From the NCBI GenBank assembly GCA_030765865.1, contig JAVCDK010000106.1, forward strand, positions 1,828 through 33,827: a DNA stretch of 32,000 nucleotides. Reading direction: 5' to 3'. Position numbers and translations under genes: made by a program. The notes under the pieces are model-generated. The model saw only the letters and a list, made by a program, of their open reading frames with translations, was not told the origin of the DNA and made no database searches. Positions 25,444 through 32,000 of the stretch are shown in pieces. Source of the DNA: Candidatus Celaenobacter antarcticus. GTDB lineage: Bacteria > Cloacimonadota > Cloacimonadia > JGIOTU-2. The stretch's first letter is position 1, and each line of letters opens with the position of its first letter.

Positions 25444-28400
25444 CTATCGTAATAAAATTATTTTACCAATATTTATACTATTGTTTTCATTAATTTTCAC
25501 AAAATATATTCCGTTTGGTGATTTTCTATTATGGCAGTCAAATCCATCCCAAATATACTGTTTGCTCTTATCATTTGAATTATCAAAAATTATCTCTTTC
25601 ACCAATTGTCCTTTGATATTATAAATTCCTGCAGAAAGATTTATTTCTGAATTTTCCTTTGAATAATAAGAGATAACTGTCGAGCCGGAAGAGGGTTGTG
25701 GATAGATGAGAAGTGAACCTTTGATGCCTGCGGGTTCTTCATCAACAGCATAATAAGGGTCAGGTGGATCGGTGGTATATTTTATGGTCAGTTCGTTTTC
25801 CAGAGGTGTGGCGCTTGCAGGATACATATCAGCATAAGTGTAGAGAACCCCATCGGACTGAATGAGATTTTCTATCCCAATTGTCGAGTAGTTACTCGTT
25901 GCGTCAGGATTATTTATCGTATGATAATTGCATTGTATCTCTCCATTGCCGCTTGCAGTAGGATAAAAAGCAGGATCGAATAGAATAAGCTCAAATTTCT
26001 CTACAGACGTATCATCGAACCTGTTAAAGCACTTGCTCCATTCTATTATGAATCTATTATTTACCTCATCATAATAATGGCATATCCTCATATCGTGATG
26101 GAAAACAGTGTCCACTACCGTATATGCTTCACCAATGAGATCATCCCAGTATGCACAGACCTGTCCATAAGGACCAAGCGCGGAAGGGATATCCCAGTTT
26201 CGGAAGTTCGTCCAGTCATTTGTAATGAACGAAATCCAGCCATTTGAGCATACTGTTATCTCGTCAAAAGCTTCATCGTAATAGGTAAATGTGAAGGGCA
26301 ATGGAATTGTGCTCGATTCATCATCAGCCATATAAATGACCTGACCCAAACCGCCTTCATCAGGATCGATTTCTATCCAACTATAAGTCGGGACTTCGTC
26401 ATAATCAACATCATAGCTGTCATAGGCATAATAACCGAATGCATCCGGCCCGGTTGGAGCAGTATTATCTACAGGACCGACCTCAAGAGAAAAATACACC
26501 TGTGTGATCCTGCCGTCAGCATCAATGAGATTGAGCTCAAAGGGAATATTCCTTCCTATGAAGCAATTGCTTTCTATACTTACATCAAACAATCCAATAG
26601 AAGTTGTTGTCATAGGCACAGCACCAAATGCATAATCAGCCGAAGTAATCGCTGCGGCATCGCTGTGTACTGCCAAAGTGCCATTAATACTCACTCCATC
26701 GAGAGAGCCGATGTTTTCGATCGTAATCTGTACCTCATCATTCTGTCCCGGTTCCAGCCATCCACTTGCCGAATTTACTATCACATCATTTACTTCAAAC
26801 AGAAGTGATGATGCAACCAGAGAGAACTTTGCGGTTGCACCGGTTGAGATATTTAGAGTAAATTCCAGGACCTGATTATCAGGACAAGCTGCATCGATTT
26901 CTATCTCATAATCCTGCTGGCTTGTTTCACCAGGAGAAATATCACCAAAATTTTTAGTTGGAGCTGTAACAGAAACCATCGAACTGCTCGAACTCAAAGT
27001 AGCTGACACATCCGAAGCTGTGGATGTCCCAAAATTTTTCAGTGTGAGATTAATATCCAAAGTACTTCCAGCTTGTAATGCGGAGGTTGCCGCATACTCA
27101 AATAACCCCACATCTGTTGCCTGCTCGAGAACAGCGATGGTATCAACAAGAGCTACAAAATTCGGAGATGTGATCACAAGCTCGATCTCTCCCGCAGTTT
27201 CTGAAGCAAACGGAATGATCGCGTGCCCGTTTTCAAGCATTGCAACTTCATAAAATTCATCAGCTTTCTTTGCAGTGACAATGCCTTCCTCGAGATTTGC
27301 GCAGGAGATATCAAGATGGTTCGTTCCAACTGTAACGCTTGCAGGTACTGTGCAATCAATATCTTCAGGTATGGTTGTCCACATAGTAAGCGTCGGATCA
27401 CCGAGAATGTTGTACACATGAAAATAAAATTCTACCTGATCACCTGCTGCTTGCTGCAAAGGGAAATTATGATAGAGTTCTATCTTTCCTCTCAGCACCG
27501 CTGAACCAAAATCATAGATGCCTTCATCCAGCAATCCATAATAGAAGCCGGAAAAAATAGAGTTATTCAACTTGGTGCTCGTATGCAAGTCTGAAGGACC
27601 GATAAACACCACACCGCCTTGCGGAGCAGTTGGAGTGCCAAGCTGGAGGATAGCTTCACCGAAACAGGGATCTGCAGAAGAATTGGCAAAATCACCGGTA
27701 TTACACACAAAAGATGTAATCACAGGTGTCAACAACCCATTACTTAAACTGCTCATATTATCCACATGGAATTCAGGATAATGCCAGCCGTTCGCATCTC
27801 CCCAACCGCGGTAGTTAAGAAATCCAATGCCGTCATTGATCCTGCTGATAATTTCTGACGTTCCAGGATAAATGCCTGGATAAAACACAGTATCAACCTG
27901 CGTAAATCCGTAATTCAGCATCTTATCTCTCAGCCATCGGGACACCTTGACCGGCGTACTTGGAGTTGGAGGGGTTGTACTGTAATTTCCTGCTACAACA
28001 AGCGCTTTTTTCAGCCAATCAGGGGTAGTAAGATACGGAGTTTTTTCATAAGAAATTACTTTATTGATGATCGTCCAAAGCTGGTTGATCTCATCGATGG
28101 ACATTCGCCCGATGATCAATTCAGGGAAATAATCCGAGCCGGCAAGCATCGTATACGGATGATCGCTGACATCGTTTTCTGCGCTATAATAAAATGAAGG
28201 TACCGCAAAGTAGTCATCCACATCACCTATCAGGAGTACATAATCAGGCGGCATTTCTGATGTATCATATACTTGCTGGATGTATGATTTAATATCATTT
28301 GCCGTTGTGCCTGTTTCAGTAAGGGTCGCCACTGTGCATTCGATCCCTTTTGCCTGCTTCCAGTTTATGAAATCCTGGATATAGTTTTCAAGCAATTGAT

Positions 28401-28932
28401 GGCATATGATGAGCATTTTTGAGGGCTGAACCGGGAGACCTGCAAGATAGGATTCGTCAAAATTATCTACAAGTTTTGGATAGAGCTGATAAAATGCTTT
28501 GGACAGATATTGAGGAACAGCTTGCGCATTTTGTGGTATTATTTCGAAGTTGAGTTTTTCAATTTTTGAATACGTGTGTTCTTTCTCATTATATACTTGT
28601 GTTTTTATCTGCAGAGTATGACCGCACAGTTCTCTCATGGTAAAGGAGTTGACCTTCTCGATCCTCGAGTTTTCGATCTCTTGCACATTCTTTAGAAATT
28701 TACCCTTTTCAGAATACTCCGATAAAGTGAAATCATGAATGACTATTTCGATATCATTTGATGGAAGTGCAATTGTTGTGAATGCATTTTCTGTCTCAGA
28801 TGATAAGTCGTTGTTATTTTCAAATTGGATTTGAATACTGTTTCCTTTTGAGGAATAAGTAAACATGTCCTTTGCGTGAAGCAGGTTCATTGCACACATG
28901 AGAATAACAGCAATAAGAAATACTTTTTTCAT
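25444..28932 (-). CDS. Gingipain-like peptidase C25 family protein with T9SS type-A C-terminal sorting domain
   Basis: Signal peptide MKKVFLIAVILMCAMNLLHA. C25 motifs YVLLIGDVD, NYRGWGDANGW and SFVCNTGDF. CARDB-like Ig domains. C-terminal GIYNIKGQLVKEI...NGIYFVKI...GKIILLR. Confidence 0.85.
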   Translation of the reverse strand: MKKVFLIAVILMCAMNLLHAKDMFTYSSKGNSIQIQFENNNDLSSETENAFTTIALPSNDIEIVIHDFTLSEYSEKGKFLKNVQEIENSRIEKVNSFTMRELCGHTLQIKTQVYNEKEHTYSKIEKLNFEIIPQNAQAVPQYLSKAFYQLYPKLVDNFDESYLAGLPVQPSKMLIICHQLLENYIQDFINWKQAKGIECTVATLTETGTTANDIKSYIQQVYDTSEMPPDYVLLIGDVDDYFAVPSFYYSAENDVSDHPYTMLAGSDYFPELIIGRMSIDEINQLWTIINKVISYEKTPYLTTPDWLKKALVVAGNYSTTPPTPSTPVKVSRWLRDKMLNYGFTQVDTVFYPGIYPGTSEIISRINDGIGFLNYRGWGDANGWHYPEFHVDNMSSLSNGLLTPVITSFVCNTGDFANSSADPCFGEAILQLGTPTAPQGGVVFIGPSDLHTSTKLNNSIFSGFYYGLLDEGIYDFGSAVLRGKIELYHNFPLQQAAGDQVEFYFHVYNILGDPTLTMWTTIPEDIDCTVPASVTVGTNHLDISCANLEEGIVTAKKADEFYEVAMLENGHAIIPFASETAGEIELVITSPNFVALVDTIAVLEQATDVGLFEYAATSALQAGSTLDINLTLKNFGTSTASDVSATLSSSSSMVSVTAPTKNFGDISPGETSQQDYEIEIDAACPDNQVLEFTLNISTGATAKFSLVASSLLFEVNDVIVNSASGWLEPGQNDEVQITIENIGSLDGVSINGTLAVHSDAAAITSADYAFGAVPMTTTSIGLFDVSIESNCFIGRNIPFELNLIDADGRITQVYFSLEVGPVDNTAPTGPDAFGYYAYDSYDVDYDEVPTYSWIEIDPDEGGLGQVIYMADDESSTIPLPFTFTYYDEAFDEITVCSNGWISFITNDWTNFRNWDIPSALGPYGQVCAYWDDLIGEAYTVVDTVFHHDMRICHYYDEVNNRFIIEWSKCFNRFDDTSVEKFELILFDPAFYPTASGNGEIQCNYHTINNPDATSNYSTIGIENLIQSDGVLYTYADMYPASATPLENELTIKYTTDPPDPYYAVDEEPAGIKGSLLIYPQPSSGSTVISYYSKENSEINLSAGIYNIKGQLVKEIIFDNSNDKSKQYIWDGFDCHNRKSPNGIYFVKINENNSINIGKIILLR

Positions 28933-29110
28933 ACAGCCCCTTAAAAATTTTCATATACTGTGGAAATCGAGTTTTTTATGTCCAGAATTGTAGATTTAGT
29001 GATAGATTTTACTTTCAATATCGGGGCACAAAAGATTCCACGCAAAGACTGCAGAGAACAGAACGCCAAAGACGCAGAGTTAAAGAAGATAAAAATAAAA
29101 AATGCATGTC

Positions 29111-29130
29111 ATTCCCGTGAAAACGGGAAT
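29111..29130. terminator. Perfect 8-bp hairpin with GAAA tetraloop (ATTCCCGT-GAAA-ACGGGAAT); probable terminator or REP-like element
   Basis: Read directly. On the minus strand it is followed by GACATGCATTTTTTATTTTTATC, downstream of the small ORF/beta-helix operon. On the plus strand it is followed by CCAGTATTTT. Confidence 0.5.
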
Positions 29131-29299
29131 CCAGTATTTTCTGATAAAGAAAGAGACGGGGTGTGTATTCTCTATCTAATTAATATCATCTTCCTAATCT
29201 CTTTATCAACTCCATCGACACACATCTTTATGAAATATATTCCTGATGATAATTCATAAACCGCGTAAGCTATTGTGTATTCTCCAACATTTTTTTGCG

Positions 29300-29569
29300 C
29301 TATTTATTGCAAGCTATACAGCTATATATCACCTGCAAGATAAAGCCAAAAACAAGACATCCCATACCAATTATAGCGGCATTTCTTTTACACCAGTTAG
29401 CCCGTCCTAGGTCTACTTCAGCTACGGAATTTCCTTTTTCGTCATATCTGACCCTCATTACAAGGCTTTGGCAAAAGAGGAAACTACCACCGATGATATT
29501 AAAAAATAGTCCTATGATATTAGAATATTTTACTATGATATTAAAAAATTGTCCTATGATATTAAGCAT
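29300..29569 (-). CDS. Small hypothetical membrane protein (89 aa) with four N-terminal NIIGxFF-type heptads and a C-terminal TM helix
   Basis: TAGGAGA lies 5-6 nt upstream of the ATG, the same RBS form as rplM and hflK. It starts 29 nt downstream of the large surface-protein gene. The C-terminal segment AAIIGMGCLVFGFILQVIYSCIA is hydrophobic. No homolog was recognised. Confidence 0.45.
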   Translation of the reverse strand: MLNIIGQFFNIIVKYSNIIGLFFNIIGGSFLFCQSLVMRVRYDEKGNSVAEVDLGRANWCKRNAAIIGMGCLVFGFILQVIYSCIACNK

Positions 29570-29576
29570 TATTTCT
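29493..29576. repeat. Two 42-bp direct repeats containing four ATGATATTA copies at exact 21-bp spacing
   Basis: ATGATATTA occurs at 29493, 29514, 29535 and 29556. The units 29493-29534 and 29535-29576 differ at only a few positions. Confidence 0.85.
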
Positions 29577-29598
29577 CCTACATATTTTTTTTATTTCT

Positions 29599-32000
29599 TT
29601 ATCTCCTAATCCGGAAAAAATTCTTTTTACTATTCACCAATCTATCCAACTCACCCAATTTTATATCTAAATATTCTGCAAGTATTTTTTGTAAAGTAGG
29701 CATATCTCCTACGTAAGCAGTAACTTGATAAAACATGTCGTCGCTAAAATGTGCAACGCCATTATGAACATGATTGGTATTTGTAGTATAGCCCAGAAAT
29801 TTAAATACCGTATAAGGTAAACTTTCATGATAAACAATATAACAATCGACTTCAAGAGAATTACCATGTATTGTTGTTGTGACAGAATCCCAACTTAGAT
29901 ATACATTTACACTATCCACATTGATTATGAGGTTTTCTACCGGGGCTGGAGTTAATCCGCCTTCTCCTGATAGATTTATAGCAAGAATATCTTCATTGTA
30001 AGCATTGGAAACTACAAATAAAGTATCATTGAATAATCCTTCAACTTGAGGATCAAACTCAATATATAAAGTAGCTGTCTCATCCGGCAATATTGTGCTG
30101 TCTGTTATTGAAATAAAATTAAAGTAATTTGTGGGTGCATCAATTATATTCTGAATAGTAAGATTGATATTTCCATCATTTGTAATTTCAAGAAGAAGTG
30201 TATCAGGATATCCGGGTTCTATTGCTCCAAAGTTAAGTGAGTATAAATCCGGTACAATAAATGCACCTAATCCATTCCCAGACAGAGTAACATTTTTATC
30301 AATATAACTATTTTCTATCGTTAATGTTCCTGTTTTAATTCCTATTGTGTGTGGTGTAAAAGTTACTTCTATTACCAAACTATCACCTCCTGGAATTGTT
30401 GGCTCTGTCCAGTTTGATGTAAAAACCGTATCTGAACAGAAAATATCGTAAATTGTAATAACAGAATCTGAATAATTTATTAGTTTTATAGAAAGAGTAG
30501 AATCGCTTCCAATAAGCACATTTCCAAAATCCAAATCTGTCGGATATACTGATAGAGCTTGTTCATAATAAAATGCTCCCATATCTGCAATTGTTCCATC
30601 CGGGTCCAATGGTGAAGTTGGGTCTCCTGCATCTATACAGGGTGAATTTCCTGTGAGATGATAATCTCCATTAGCCGTATCTAAAAATAATGGGTCTTCC
30701 TGTATATTATAATAAGCATCACAACTATCCCCATTTGCGTTTGTAGTAACATTTACTCCAACCCATTGTCCACACCCATAGAAATTGCCATTTTCATTAT
30801 CGTAAATATCAGAATAGATTATTGTTGGATTACCTTGATTAGATTGTGAATTATAAATACCATAATTGCCAGTATTATTTGATATAATTACATTCTTTAA
30901 AATCGGAGATGAATTATCTCTAAAGTAAATCCCACCACCAATATCACCCGCACTATTACCTGATATTGTTACATTGACTAAACTCGGGGATGAAGAATTA
31001 TTACAGTAAACCCCACCACCTCTATAAGCACTATTGCTGATTATGGTTACATTATCTAAACTCGGGGAGGAATTGTCACAGCAAATTCCACCACCAGAAC
31101 CACTATAAGCACTATTGCCGATTATGGTTAGATTGACTAAACTCGGGGATGAATAATCTCTACAATAAATCCCAGCTCCAAACCCACTAGAAGCCCCATT
31201 TGTTATTGTAAAACCACATAAAATCGCTGTCGAATCTTCTCCACTTTCAAATTTTACAACACTATCCAAACTGTCACCATCAATAACGGTCTGTGAAATA
31301 TAAGAGTTATCTTGAGTAGTTAGAAACAAGGAAGCAACAGTAATGTTCTTTCCATTAAAATTTATATTTTCTACATAAGTTCCAGTATCAACAATTACAC
31401 TGTCTCCTTCAATACAATTATTAATCCCTTCCTGTATTGTTGTGTAGCAAAGAGGAATTAATATATAAGTATAAAGTGTAATTTCTTGTATTGTTATATT
31501 AGAATATATAGGTTCATTTAACATTTGAGAATAATAATTCTCTTTAAAATATGTTATATTGTATATACCATCAGGCAAACCAATATCATAATAACCGCCT
31601 GCATTAGTATAGGTAAAATCATTATAAATACTAGGTGCAAACCTTTCAAATATTACTTTAATTCCTGCATTATTTGTTTGATTATTTAAATATGCATGTC
31701 CATTAACATCGTTTCCTTCATATATTGTTATATAATCAACTTTTAACTCTGTATCTGTTGAATCATTTATATCAGTAACCGTAAGTGACACGTTATATGT
31801 ACCAACATTTTGATATAAATGAGTTATTGTATCAATATACGAAGTATATGTTGTATCAATTCCATCTCCAAAATCCCAGTACCAAGATATAATAGAATCA
31901 CGTGGTATAGATAAATCTTTGAAATTTATTGTTGCTTGCAAATAACCATATGTTTCGTCCACTTCGAAATTTGCGTGTAATCCCTGTGCATAATAAAATG
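29599..32000 (-). CDS. Large secreted/surface protein: PKD domain, beta-helix (PbH1) repeats, choice-of-anchor-Q/D-like and Fn3 domains (N-terminus beyond the right edge)
   Basis: PKD motif WYWDFGDG...HLYQNVGTYNVSLTVTD. Repeated NSSPSLxNVTIxGNSA..GGGIYC rungs. DPLFLDTANGDYHLTGNSPCIDAGDP..DPDGTIADMG. DFGNVLIGSDSTLSIKLIN-type domains. The frame stays open upstream of the GTG at 31962 to position 32000 (...FYYAQGLHANFEVDETYGY), so the gene is 5'-truncated by the window. Confidence 0.85.
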   Translation of the reverse strand, partial: FYYAQGLHANFEVDETYGYLQATINFKDLSIPRDSIISWYWDFGDGIDTTYTSYIDTITHLYQNVGTYNVSLTVTDINDSTDTELKVDYITIYEGNDVNGHAYLNNQTNNAGIKVIFERFAPSIYNDFTYTNAGGYYDIGLPDGIYNITYFKENYYSQMLNEPIYSNITIQEITLYTYILIPLCYTTIQEGINNCIEGDSVIVDTGTYVENINFNGKNITVASLFLTTQDNSYISQTVIDGDSLDSVVKFESGEDSTAILCGFTITNGASSGFGAGIYCRDYSSPSLVNLTIIGNSAYSGSGGGICCDNSSPSLDNVTIISNSAYRGGGVYCNNSSSPSLVNVTISGNSAGDIGGGIYFRDNSSPILKNVIISNNTGNYGIYNSQSNQGNPTIIYSDIYDNENGNFYGCGQWVGVNVTTNANGDSCDAYYNIQEDPLFLDTANGDYHLTGNSPCIDAGDPTSPLDPDGTIADMGAFYYEQALSVYPTDLDFGNVLIGSDSTLSIKLINYSDSVITIYDIFCSDTVFTSNWTEPTIPGGDSLVIEVTFTPHTIGIKTGTLTIENSYIDKNVTLSGNGLGAFIVPDLYSLNFGAIEPGYPDTLLLEITNDGNINLTIQNIIDAPTNYFNFISITDSTILPDETATLYIEFDPQVEGLFNDTLFVVSNAYNEDILAINLSGEGGLTPAPVENLIINVDSVNVYLSWDSVTTTIHGNSLEVDCYIVYHESLPYTVFKFLGYTTNTNHVHNGVAHFSDDMFYQVTAYVGDMPTLQKILAEYLDIKLGELDRLVNSKKNFFRIRR

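Noticed and set aside
28960-29259. 99-aa plus-strand ORF between the C25 gene and the small ORF
   Set aside because: It has no RBS. Its central CHSRENGNPVF segment is just the translated hairpin repeat at 29111-29130, so it is likely spurious.
29295-29609. 104-aa plus-strand ORF with PMILKN repeats
   Set aside because: It is the mirror frame of the 21-bp repeat array. It has a TTG start without an RBS, whereas the minus-strand ORF has a strong TAGGAGA RBS and an operon context.
31960-31962. GTG at 31962 as the start of the large beta-helix protein
   Set aside because: The frame remains open to the window edge. The upstream residues (HANFEVDETYGY) already belong to the PKD domain, so the gene is truncated by the window.
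1-32000. Scan of all intergenic regions for rRNA or tRNA genes and prophage or defence-island hallmarks
   Set aside because: None was recognised by eye. All long ORFs have housekeeping, surface-protein or IS assignments.

Overview
Low-GC bacterial chromosomal window, about 85% coding, mostly minus-strand housekeeping operons. A T9SS-type C-terminal sorting domain, a long-form SecA and a DUF2723 protein suggest the FCB superphylum, possibly Cloacimonadota-like; this cannot be verified here. Left to right: (1) a secA-topA-macB/ftsX-like operon (minus); (2) two plus-strand secreted proteins, a beta-helix protein and a tandem-repeat/Fn3 protein; (3) a long minus-strand cluster rplM-rpsI-rpsB-tsf-pyrH-frr that continues into a 2x[4Fe-4S] ferredoxin and a DUF2723 membrane protein; (4) a roughly 1.07 kb IS with imperfect terminal inverted repeats and a transposase frameshifted at an A7 run; (5) hflK-hflC; (6) an FmdE-like gene and an aldehyde dehydrogenase (plus); (7) a tight minus-strand trio of gingipain-like C25 T9SS cargo, TldD-like metalloprotease and transglutaminase-like lipoprotein; (8) a large PKD/beta-helix surface protein that runs off the right edge, followed by a small repeat-containing membrane ORF. 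No rRNA, tRNA or CRISPR array was recognised. Observations most worth follow-up: ribosomal protein S2 carries a roughly 109-aa K/E-rich tail ending in a classical C2H2 zinc finger; the C25 protease homolog has Trp where the catalytic His is expected; a roughly 135-bp upstream region is duplicated in front of rplM and hflK; four ATGATATTA copies sit at an exact 21-bp period inside a small ORF; SecA has a six-Cys insertion; the IS transposase has a slippery-run frameshift. No clearly delineated novel multi-gene system (for example a defence island) could be supported from sequence alone. The protease-like trio is the best candidate for an uncharacterised functional module.
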